A stretch of 62,610 nucleotides of DNA, counting the filler. It is 4 parts of 4 records of this genome, joined end to end, with 100 filler letters (N's around TTAATTAATTAA, not from the genome) between each part and the next. Parts side by side here need not be neighbours in the genome. Positions count along the whole stretch, not along the records: positions 1 to 18,060 come from SRR31156797_19575; positions 18,161 to 32,619 come from SRR31156797_19577; 2 more parts are not named here. One strand, given 5' to 3'. This document shows, in pieces, positions 10,743-19,473 of the stretch. The notes beneath the pieces were generated by a model that was not told the origin of the DNA, searched no databases, and saw nothing but the letters and a program-made list of their open reading frames with translations. The first letter of the stretch is position 1. Each line of letters starts with the position of its first letter. The position numbers were made by a program, and so were the translations under genes.

Positions 10743-11150
10743 ATGAAAAAAGAGGAAAAATTTTTGGATGTATTAACTGAAGTCGTGAACAGTATGATGA
10801 ATCCTTTTAATGGAAATATAGAAAAACTTGAGAAATATATAGTTGAAAAACTAGTAAACAAGGGGTACGAACTTCACGAGATCGATGATCTTCTTGAAGA
10901 GATATTTGAGACCCTTAACAGTAAAAAAGAGGAAGTTAGGTTTAGAGTATTTAGTCCGGTAGAAATCATTAATTTAAGTGATGAAGCTAAAGAATATATA
11001 CTTAAATTAAAGGTGGATATGATTATCTCTGATGAAGAGTTCGAGGAAATTTTAGACGAAGTTACTATGAGTTTTTTCGTTTTAGAAGTTGAGCATATCA
11101 AAGAAATTCTTAATTTCAAAGGTATCTCAGAGAACATAATTATAAATTAA
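10743..11150 (+). CDS. Smg/DUF494-like protein
   Basis: L...GY...EID and RVFSPVEIINLSDEAKEYIL resemble Smg; position directly upstream of topA is typical. Confidence 0.65.
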   Translation: MKKEEKFLDVLTEVVNSMMNPFNGNIEKLEKYIVEKLVNKGYELHEIDDLLEEIFETLNSKKEEVRFRVFSPVEIINLSDEAKEYILKLKVDMIISDEEFEEILDEVTMSFFVLEVEHIKEILNFKGISENIIIN

Positions 11151-11358
11151 TTTATTTTTTTAAACTTACATGATTTATACTATCTATTCATCAATATAAA
11201 AAATTTCACGTAATATTTCATGCCTCTGTTATTTTAACAGAGGTAATTTATTAAATTTGAAAATAAATTTTGACTTTATATAATATGATTGAAACACAAC
11301 GGTATAATAAATATACTCCGATTTGTAATCGAACAATTCGGAAAACAGGAGGAATACA

Positions 11359-13614
11359 GTGGGAAAAAAATTAGTAATAGTTGAGTCCCCGGCAAAAGCC
11401 GAAACAATAAAAAAAATACTGGGACGAAACTATGAAGTTACTGCTTCATATGGGCATATTAGAGATCTTCCTAAATCAAAAATTGGGGTTGATGTAGAAG
11501 ATAACTTTAAACCTTCATACAATACTATCAAAGGTAAGGGAGAAATAACTAAAAAACTACGGGCTCTAGCCAAAAAATCAGACAAAGTTTATCTTGCTTC
11601 CGATATGGATAGAGAAGGAGAAGCTATTGCCTGGCATGTAGCTAATATATTAAAACTTGATCTTGATCAGGAAATGAGAATTGAGTTTAATGAAATTACT
11701 AAAACTGCAATCAAAGATGCCATTAAACATCCTCAAAAACTAAATATGAACAAAGTAGATGCTCAGCAGGCAAGAAGAATTCTTGATAGAATTGTTGGAT
11801 ATAAAATCAGTCCGTTATTATGGCAGATCATTGATTCAAATACAAGTGCAGGTAGAGTTCAATCAGTTGCTCTTAAATTAATCTGTGATTTAGAAGATAC
11901 TATTAAAGCTTTTATTCCTGAAAAATATTGGGAAGTAAAAGGAGAATTTAATAAAGTATTTGAATTTAATCTTAACAAGATAGATAATAAAAAAGTTGGT
12001 AAAATTAAAGATGAAGAGCTTGTTATAACTCTAAAAAAAGAAGTGCCTGCTCTTGAATACAAAATTTCTTCTATTAAAGTTTCTCAGAAGAAAAAAAATC
12101 CACCTTTACCTCTAAAAACGAGTACTTTACAACAGTTAGCGTCATCATATATAGGTTTTTCTGCCTCAAAGACTATGAGAGTTGCCCAGTCTCTATATGA
12201 AGGACTTGATATTGACGGAGCTCACATAGGTCTAATCACTTATATGAGAACGGATTCAACGAGAATCTCTGAAGAAGCGAAAAAAGCTGCTAAAGAGTTC
12301 ATTATAGAAAAATATGGTGAAAAATACGTTGGAACAAATAAAGTAAAAAAATCTAAAAAGAAAATACAAGATGCCCATGAAGGTATCAGACCTACTGATA
12401 TTCATTTAGAGCCAAACAATATTAGTGAGTATCTAAATAAAGATCAATATAGATTATATAAATTAATCTGGGACAGATTTGTTATTTCCCAATTAGCTCC
12501 AATGGAATATGAGCAAATGGAAATAATTTGTGAAGCTGATAAATATCAATTTAGAGGTATCGCAAATAAAATCACATTTGATGGATATTATAAATTATTC
12601 AAAGAAGAAGATGAGATCCAAACGGAAGACTTCCCTGATCTAAAAGAGGGAACAGTTATGGATCTATCTAAACTAGATGTCAAAGAGGGAATTACTAAGC
12701 CGCCTGCAAGACTTACAGAGTCAAGCTTAGTAAAAAAACTTGAAGCTGAAGGTATCGGAAGACCATCTACATATGCCTCAATTATTGAAACACTAAAAAA
12801 GAGAGAATATGTTGAAGTTGATGCTAAAAAATTCATACCTACTGACTTAGGATATGAAGTTAAAGAAAAACTTGAAAAATATTTCCCTAATATAATGAAT
12901 GTAAAATTCACAGCTCAGATGGAAGGGTTTCTAGATGAGATTGAAGAGGGAGATAAGATCTGGACTAACGTTCTTCAAGAGTTCTATGATGATATGAAGG
13001 GTTACCTAAAAGACTTCGAAAAAGAAGTTGAAGCAATTATGAACAGAAGAATCGAATCTGACGTTCTTTGCCCTGTTGATAGCAGTCATGGTGTTTTACT
13101 TCTTAAAACAGGTAGATTTGGTAAATATCTCGCGTGTGAAAATGAAGAGTGTACAGGTAAGTTTAATCTTAAAGGAGTAAATCTTGATAAAGAACAGATC
13201 GAAGCTGGAAAAATTATAGTTAATGATGTTGTTCAAGAGAGAGAGAAAGCGAGAAAAGGTAAACCTACTGATTTTAGAACTAAAGATGGTAAGATTTTCT
13301 ATCTTAAACTTGGTAGATTTGGTAGTTATCTTGAAAGTGAAGATTTTGCAAATGATGAAATCAGAGAGAGTCTTCCTTCAGAAGTTAAAAAAATGCTAAT
13401 GAACGGATTAGTTCAAGAAATTGATGAAGTAGTTCAGCTTAAAGGTATTTTGGACGGAATTAAAGCTGAGGATGATAAACTACTTGCTGAAGCAGGAGCT
13501 TGCGAAAAGTGTGGTAGTCCATTTGAAGTAAAAGCCGGTAGATGGGGTAAATTCCTGGCATGTACAGGATATCCTGATTGCAAAAATATCAGAAAAATTC
13601 CTAAGAAAAAATAA
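11359..13614 (+). CDS. topA: DNA topoisomerase I
   Basis: IVESPAKA, DMDREGE, SAGRVQS, LITYMRTDS, GIGRPSTY and C-terminal zinc ribbons. Confidence 0.98.
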   Translation: MGKKLVIVESPAKAETIKKILGRNYEVTASYGHIRDLPKSKIGVDVEDNFKPSYNTIKGKGEITKKLRALAKKSDKVYLASDMDREGEAIAWHVANILKLDLDQEMRIEFNEITKTAIKDAIKHPQKLNMNKVDAQQARRILDRIVGYKISPLLWQIIDSNTSAGRVQSVALKLICDLEDTIKAFIPEKYWEVKGEFNKVFEFNLNKIDNKKVGKIKDEELVITLKKEVPALEYKISSIKVSQKKKNPPLPLKTSTLQQLASSYIGFSASKTMRVAQSLYEGLDIDGAHIGLITYMRTDSTRISEEAKKAAKEFIIEKYGEKYVGTNKVKKSKKKIQDAHEGIRPTDIHLEPNNISEYLNKDQYRLYKLIWDRFVISQLAPMEYEQMEIICEADKYQFRGIANKITFDGYYKLFKEEDEIQTEDFPDLKEGTVMDLSKLDVKEGITKPPARLTESSLVKKLEAEGIGRPSTYASIIETLKKREYVEVDAKKFIPTDLGYEVKEKLEKYFPNIMNVKFTAQMEGFLDEIEEGDKIWTNVLQEFYDDMKGYLKDFEKEVEAIMNRRIESDVLCPVDSSHGVLLLKTGRFGKYLACENEECTGKFNLKGVNLDKEQIEAGKIIVNDVVQEREKARKGKPTDFRTKDGKIFYLKLGRFGSYLESEDFANDEIRESLPSEVKKMLMNGLVQEIDEVVQLKGILDGIKAEDDKLLAEAGACEKCGSPFEVKAGRWGKFLACTGYPDCKNIRKIPKKK

Positions 13615-13621
13615 ATTTTAA

Positions 13622-13650
13622 AATCGGGATGCTATTATGCTATCCCGATT
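13622..13650 (+). terminator. Hairpin, putative terminator after topA
   Basis: AATCGGGAT...ATCCCGATT inverted repeat followed by a T-rich tract. Confidence 0.55.
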
Positions 13651-13794
13651 ATCTTTTGTATAGATTTTTTAAATAAAATTAGTTTTTTATAAAAAAATTT
13701 GTTTTAAACAGAAAATTTATATATAATAGAAATAATGCATTTATTATAGTGATTAAATTAAAAATAACAATTTAGATATATAGAAAGGAAGTAT

Positions 13795-15096
13795 ATGGAA
13801 GAAGTAATTGTAGTTGGAGCAGGTTTAGCTGGAAGTGAGGCTGCTTATCAGCTAGCTAAAAGAGGTATTAAAGTAAAATTATACGAAATTAAACCACATA
13901 AATTAACAGAGGTGCATACTACTAAAAATTATGCTGAACTTGTTTGTAGTAATTCATTTGGATCAAATCTATTAACTAATGCATCTGGTCTAATGAAAGA
14001 AGAGATGAGATATTTCGGCTCTTTATTAGTTGATATCGCTGATCAAACTAAAGTCCCTGCTGGTCAGGCCCTTGCGGTTGATAGAGATATCTTCTCTGAA
14101 AAAATCACAGAAGTATTAAGCAATATGGAGAACATCGAAATTATAAACGAAGAATTAACTGAAATTCCTGAAGATAAATATGTTCTAATTGCATCAGGAC
14201 CTCTAACTAGTGATCCTTTAGCTGAAAAAATTAGAGAATTAACTGGAGATGAATCATTATATTTTTATGATGCAGTAGCTCCAATTGTAACTTTTGAATC
14301 TATTAACAAAGATATAGTTTATTTCCAGTCAAGATATGACAAAGGTGATGGTGAATATATCAACTGTCCAATGAATGAAGATGAATATGATAAGTTCTAT
14401 ACTGAGCTAATTAATGCTGAAAGATCACCTCTGAAAAAATTTGAAGAGGAAAAAGTTTTCGAAGCTTGTATGCCTGTTGAAAAATTAGCATCAAGAGGAG
14501 TACAAACTCTTTTATACGGTCCACTTAAGCCAAAAGGCTTAACTAATCCGAAAACCGGCACTAGAGACCATGCGGTTGTTCAGCTTAGACAGGATGACAA
14601 AGAGGGAAGGTTATACAACTTAGTTGGTTTCCAAACTAATTTAAAATGGGGAGAACAAAAAAGAATTTTCAGTATGATTCCTGGTCTTGAAAATGCAGAA
14701 TTTGTTAGATACGGAGTTATGCATAGAAATACTTTTATCAATTCATCTAAATTATTAAATAAAAACTTAAGTCTTAAATCTAATGAAAAAATATTCTTTG
14801 CAGGTCAAATTACTGGTGGAGAAGGATATTGTTCTGCTATTGCAACTGGATTTATGGCTGCTGCTAATCTTTATAACAAAATGAATGGTAAAGAAGAACT
14901 TGTACTTGAGGACTTAACTTCTACAGGTGCAATTATCAAATATATCACAGAAGAGAAAAAGAACTTCCAACCAATGGGGCCTAACTTCGGAATCATCAGG
15001 TCACTTGAAGGGAAAAAAATAAAAGATAAAAGAGAAAGATATGGTAAACTGTCTGAAAGAAGTCTGGAATACTTAAAAACTATTGAAAAACCATAA
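13795..15096 (+). CDS. trmFO: tRNA (uracil-54-C5)-methyltransferase TrmFO
   Basis: GAGLAGSEAA, ELVCSNS, GFQTNLK, RYGVMHRNTF and FAGQITG. Confidence 0.96.
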   Translation: MEEVIVVGAGLAGSEAAYQLAKRGIKVKLYEIKPHKLTEVHTTKNYAELVCSNSFGSNLLTNASGLMKEEMRYFGSLLVDIADQTKVPAGQALAVDRDIFSEKITEVLSNMENIEIINEELTEIPEDKYVLIASGPLTSDPLAEKIRELTGDESLYFYDAVAPIVTFESINKDIVYFQSRYDKGDGEYINCPMNEDEYDKFYTELINAERSPLKKFEEEKVFEACMPVEKLASRGVQTLLYGPLKPKGLTNPKTGTRDHAVVQLRQDDKEGRLYNLVGFQTNLKWGEQKRIFSMIPGLENAEFVRYGVMHRNTFINSSKLLNKNLSLKSNEKIFFAGQITGGEGYCSAIATGFMAAANLYNKMNGKEELVLEDLTSTGAIIKYITEEKKNFQPMGPNFGIIRSLEGKKIKDKRERYGKLSERSLEYLKTIEKP

Positions 15097-15113
15097 TTAT
15101 TAAATGAGAACGG

Positions 15114-16010
15114 ATGATTAATATGGATATGCAAGCTATTGTTGAAAAATTTATATACTATGAAGATTTAACTCATAACAAAACCGAGAATACTCTAAAA
15201 TCTTATAGAAGAGATTTACTTCAATTTGTTGAGTTCTTAGAAATTATTGAAAAAAAAGAGAATTTTTCTGAAATTACTGAACTAAGCATTAGATCTTTTC
15301 TGATGCACCTTAGGCAAAATAAACTTACTAAAAGATCAGTAAATAGAAAACTTTCTGCAGTTAGAACTTTTTTCAAATTTCTAAAAGAAAAAGAATTCAT
15401 ATCAAAAAATCCTTCTCTATTTTTAGGTAATTCTGAGTTTAATCCTAAAATGCCTGTGATTCTCGAACCTGGTGAGATCGAGGAATTAAGAAGTGTTATT
15501 CCTGAAGTTAAAATGAATGATTTTAGAGATAGATTAATTATAGAACTTCTATATTCTAGCGGTATTAGAGCTAATGAATTACTTTTACTTAACGAAAAAT
15601 TCATAGATATCGAAAATCGAGAACTAAGAATTATTAACCAAAACAAACAAGAGAGATTAACTTTTTTTAGTAAAACTGCAAGATATTATTTAATTAAATA
15701 TCTTGAAGCTAAAAAAAAGAAGTTTGGAGATAAATATAAATCTGATATAGTTTTTGTTAATAACAGTAACGAAAGACTTAGTGACAGATCATTAAGAAGA
15801 ATAATTGCTAGAATTGTAAAAAGAACTGAAATAAAAAAAGAAGTTAGTCCGCATACTTTCAGGCATTCATTTGCAGCATATATGCTTAGAAATGGTATGA
15901 ACATCCATTATTTGCAAGAATTAATGGGACATACCAGTTTGGAAAGTACTAAAATTTATGTTGATATAGATGGAAAAAACGAAATTTTTGAAGATAAATC
16001 ATATTTATAA
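15114..16010 (+). CDS. xerC: Tyrosine recombinase XerC-like
   Basis: LYSSGIR, HTFRHSFA and LMGH...TKIY; topA-trmFO-xerC-hslV context. Confidence 0.85.
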   Translation: MINMDMQAIVEKFIYYEDLTHNKTENTLKSYRRDLLQFVEFLEIIEKKENFSEITELSIRSFLMHLRQNKLTKRSVNRKLSAVRTFFKFLKEKEFISKNPSLFLGNSEFNPKMPVILEPGEIEELRSVIPEVKMNDFRDRLIIELLYSSGIRANELLLLNEKFIDIENRELRIINQNKQERLTFFSKTARYYLIKYLEAKKKKFGDKYKSDIVFVNNSNERLSDRSLRRIIARIVKRTEIKKEVSPHTFRHSFAAYMLRNGMNIHYLQELMGHTSLESTKIYVDIDGKNEIFEDKSYL

Positions 16011-16069
16011 TAAACTAAAAAAATAATTTAATGCTTTTTATTATAGACAATACAAAGGAAGTGAGATAC

Positions 16070-16615
16070 ATGGAATTTAGAGCAACCACTATACTTGCTG
16101 TTAAAAAGGATAATACTATTTCAATTGCAGGAGACGGTCAAGTAACTCTTGGATCAACTGTAGTTAAAAGTACTGCCAAAAAAATAAGAAGATTATATAA
16201 TGATAAAATAATTGCAGGATTTGCAGGTGCCGCAGCTGATGCATTTACTTTATTTGATAAATTTGAAATTAAACTAGATGAACACGCTGGTAATCTTAGA
16301 AAATCTGCTGTTGAACTAGCTAAAGAGTGGAGAAACGAAAGAGGAAATCTCGACGCTATGCTTTTAGTCGCTGATGAAGATAGTCTGCTTATTATTTCAG
16401 GTAACGGAGATGTATTAGAACCTGATGATAATCTGGCTGCAATTGGTTCAGGGGGAAACTTTGCTTACGCTGCTGCAAAAGCACTATATATGCATAGTGA
16501 CTTATCTACTGAAGAAATTGCGGTAGAAGGACTAAAAATAGCAGGAAATATTTGTATTTATACCAATACAAATATTTCTGTTGAAACAATAACAAAAAAA
16601 GAAAATAAAAAATAA
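16070..16615 (+). CDS. hslV: ATP-dependent protease subunit HslV (ClpQ)
   Basis: TTILAV after a short propeptide, AGDGQVT, GFAG, AIGSGG and ICIYTN. Confidence 0.95.
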   Translation: MEFRATTILAVKKDNTISIAGDGQVTLGSTVVKSTAKKIRRLYNDKIIAGFAGAAADAFTLFDKFEIKLDEHAGNLRKSAVELAKEWRNERGNLDAMLLVADEDSLLIISGNGDVLEPDDNLAAIGSGGNFAYAAAKALYMHSDLSTEEIAVEGLKIAGNICIYTNTNISVETITKKENKK

Positions 16616-16817
16616 GAATTAAGAATTAATTAAATTAGATTAGATTAGTGAATTAGAACGGGAAGTAATGTGTCAAAAATAATTATCGAACTATTAAAAA
16701 ATATATTAAACAGTATAAATTGGAACGGGAAACATAAAATATAAAATAATCGTAGAACCATCGATGATTTTTTATTCTATGCTATTTCTTTAAACAATTT
16801 ATATAAAGGAGGAAGCA

Positions 16818-17945
16818 TTGGCAAAAAAATGTTTAGGATGTGGAATTAAGCTTCAAAGTGATTCGCCAAAAGAAGCTGGTTATGTTCCTTCATCTGTAAT
16901 TATGGAACAAGGAGAACCTATCTGTCAAAGATGTTTTAAAATAAAAAACTATGGGGCCTATATTCCGGTAGATATTGAAAATGAAGACTATAAAAATGAA
17001 GTTATAAAAGTTATAAAAGACATGGATGCTGTTTTACTTTTAGTTGATATTATTGAATTTGAAGCCTCTTTTGATAAAGAAATTTTAGATTTAATAAGAG
17101 ATAAAAAAGTAATAGCAGCTATTAATAAAATTGACCTTATTCCAGGTGACAAACATCCATCAGAAGTTTCTGAATGGGTAAAAGTAAGATTATTTAAAGA
17201 AAATATTCAAACACTTGATGTGGCTATTTTAAGCGTTAAAAACAAATATGGTGTTAATGGAATAATCAAAAAGTTTAGACATTTCTATCCTAAGGGAGCT
17301 AAAATAGCTGTTATAGGAACAACAAACGTAGGAAAGTCTAGTTTAATAAATAGTTTATTCCAAAAAGACAGATCAACAGTTTCAAAATATCCTGGAACTA
17401 CACTAAAAACTATTAAACATACTATTAAGGAGAATAATTTATCATTCTTCGATACTCCTGGAATTATCCCACATGGTAGAATTTCGGATTTAGTCTGTGA
17501 AGAGTGTAATCTAAAAATAGTTCCTTCAAATGAAATTTCAAGAAAAACTTTTAAATTGGGTAAGGATAGAATTCTTATGTTTGGTGGTTTAGCATGGATT
17601 AAAATTCTAACTGATGCTGAAACTAAACCTATTTTCTCAGCCTTTGCTTCGAAAAAAGTTATTTTCCATGAAACTAACGAAGCTAAAATTGATGAACTTC
17701 TTGAAAAGCATGGTGGAGATATGCTAACCCCTCCATGTGAGCATTGTAAAGATCAGTTCTATAAACAAGATTTTAAAAAAGAGATTGTTGAAATAGAAAC
17801 TAATGAAGAATTAGTTTTAAAAGGCTTAGGTTGGATTACAGTAAAGAGAGGCCCTTTGAAAGTTGAAATAACTATGCCTGAAAGTGCTTCATTTACAATT
17901 AGAGACGCTTTTATTGAACCTAAAAGACCTGAAGACGCATACTAA
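16818..17945 (+). CDS. yqeH: Ribosome biogenesis GTPase YqeH
   Basis: N-terminal CxGC...CQRC zinc finger; circularly permuted NKID, GTTNVGKS, PGTT and DTPG. Confidence 0.93.
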   Translation: MAKKCLGCGIKLQSDSPKEAGYVPSSVIMEQGEPICQRCFKIKNYGAYIPVDIENEDYKNEVIKVIKDMDAVLLLVDIIEFEASFDKEILDLIRDKKVIAAINKIDLIPGDKHPSEVSEWVKVRLFKENIQTLDVAILSVKNKYGVNGIIKKFRHFYPKGAKIAVIGTTNVGKSSLINSLFQKDRSTVSKYPGTTLKTIKHTIKENNLSFFDTPGIIPHGRISDLVCEECNLKIVPSNEISRKTFKLGKDRILMFGGLAWIKILTDAETKPIFSAFASKKVIFHETNEAKIDELLEKHGGDMLTPPCEHCKDQFYKQDFKKEIVEIETNEELVLKGLGWITVKRGPLKVEITMPESASFTIRDAFIEPKRPEDAY

Positions 17946-17963
17946 TATAAGTAATTAAATTTT

Positions 17964-17989
17964 AAGAGCAGATTTTCTGCTCTTTTTTT
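17964..17989 (+). terminator. Rho-independent terminator after yqeH
   Basis: AAGAGCAGA-ttt-TCTGCTCTT followed by a T run. Confidence 0.8.
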
Positions 17990-18031
17990 GATTTTATAAA
18001 TTAAATAGACTATAATTTATTGATTTAAAGA

Positions 18032-18060
18032 AATCAACAACCCACGCCGCAAGCGGACGG
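18032..18060. mobile_element. Possible terminal hairpin of an IS200/IS605-family element, cut by the contig end
   Basis: Abrupt GC-rich TCAACAACCCACGCCGCAAGCGGACGG with a CCGC-AA-GCGG hairpin in AT-rich DNA at the assembly break. Confidence 0.45.
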
Positions 18061-18160
18061 NNNNNNNNNNNNNNNNNNNNNNNNNNNNNNNNNNNNNNNN
18101 NNNNTTAATTAATTAANNNNNNNNNNNNNNNNNNNNNNNNNNNNNNNNNNNNNNNNNNNN
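18061..18160. other. Artificial contig spacer
   Basis: N44-TTAATTAATTAA-N44 (stops in all six frames); composition jumps across it. Confidence 0.99.
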
Positions 18161-18902
18161 ACAGCTTTTCAGTCGTCGTACTGTCAAAATAGATAATGAC
18201 ATTCCGACAAAATATAATATCCATTTTCCGGCGGATTCGAAAATCATTGTCCATGAGATTCAGGTGTCGAAAACGGACTTTTTTTCTAAGGCCGGGGGCG
18301 ATCCTCACAAGCTGTTTTGCTTTGTCCCTGCTTTTCAAAAGATATTTTTTCCGCAATTCCATCGGGACCGGCGCTATCTCACCTGCGTCGTAAACGCCCT
18401 TTACGGCGATATCCAGCACCCGGGTCGAAATGTCGGTTGCCAGCACTGAAAAGTCAAATCCGGTACAGGCCCGGGAAAAATCGCTCAGCACCATGGCCAG
18501 GGTATAGGGCTCATGGCCCCTGGATGCGGCGCAACACCAGACCATCAGGTTTTTCCCGGATCCCGCGCCATGGGCCGTCACCAGAGCAGGCACGGCGCTT
18601 TCAACCAGATAGGTGAAATGACGGGGTTCCCTGAAAAAGTCGGTTTTGTTGGTCGTTATCACATTGATGAACTCGGCCTGTTCTCTCTCCATCCCCTCCG
18701 GGCTGAACAGATAGTCACAATACCCGGAATAGGATGTAAGTCCCAGGATATTCAACCGTTTGCGGAGGCGGGACTCAATCATCCGTCTTTTGGAATCGGG
18801 CATTTTGATGCCAAACCGAGAATGGATAAAGGTGCCCAGTCTTTTAAAATCGCATTGCGAAAGGGGGGACGCTTTGGGCATGACATCCGCCGGTTCCGGC
18901 AT
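18161..18902 (-). CDS. cheR: Chemotaxis methyltransferase CheR (3' end truncated)
   Basis: TTNKTDFFRE, WCCAASRGHEPYTLAM, ATDIS and DIIFCRNVIIYF. Confidence 0.95.
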
Positions 18903-18930
18903 AAAGGCGCCGTTTCTCCCCGGGAACTGT

Positions 18931-19455
18931 TCAGGCCGGGGCTTCACTGGTCTCCGGCCCTGCCGCGGATTGCCGTTCCGTCTCCTGTACCCCCTCGAGT
19001 TCCTCGGCGGAAAACACCCGGTCGATATCCAGGAGAATAATGAACGCCTCGCTCTTTTTACCCATCCCCTTGATAAACTCGGTTTTGAGCCGGGTGCCGA
19101 TTTTCGGTGCCGGCTCTATCTGATCGGGTTCCAGATCCAGGACTTCCTGGACGGAATCCGCAAGGGCGCCAAGGAGGGAGATATTTCCGTCAATGATAAC
19201 TTCCATGATGATGATGCAGGTATCCACGGTCTTTTCCGTTCCCGACATGCCGAATTTCAGGCGAAGGTCGACCACCGGCACCACCCCGCCCCTCAGGTTG
19301 ATCACCCCGCGCATGAAATCGGGCATCCGGGGCACCCGGGTTACTTCCGTAAAATCAAGGACTTCACGCACCTGTTTGATGTCAATGGCATAGGTCTCTT
19401 CATTGAGCATGAATGTCAGGTACTGGCCTGTTTCGGTGATTCCTTCAATTGCCAT
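18931..19455 (-). CDS. cheW: Chemotaxis coupling protein CheW
   Basis: YLTF, GVINLRGGVVPVVDLR and LADSVQEV. Confidence 0.96.
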   Translation of the reverse strand: MAIEGITETGQYLTFMLNEETYAIDIKQVREVLDFTEVTRVPRMPDFMRGVINLRGGVVPVVDLRLKFGMSGTEKTVDTCIIIMEVIIDGNISLLGALADSVQEVLDLEPDQIEPAPKIGTRLKTEFIKGMGKKSEAFIILLDIDRVFSAEELEGVQETERQSAAGPETSEAPA

Positions 19456-19473
19456 TTTAAAACCTCTCCTTTT

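Noticed and set aside
15114-16010. Tyrosine recombinase as a prophage or island integrase
   Set aside because: The housekeeping topA-trmFO-xerC-hslV context, with no tRNA, att site or cargo genes, indicates chromosomal Xer.
16670-16744. 24-codon GTG ORF and short repeats (GAACGGGAA twice) between hslV and yqeH
   Set aside because: No resemblance to HslU that I can see, a weak RBS, and a low-complexity AT-rich context.
18061-18160. Repeated TTAATTAATTAA palindrome flanked by Ns (also at 32620 and 44076)
   Set aside because: Artificial six-frame-stop contig linker. Neighbourhoods across it are meaningless.
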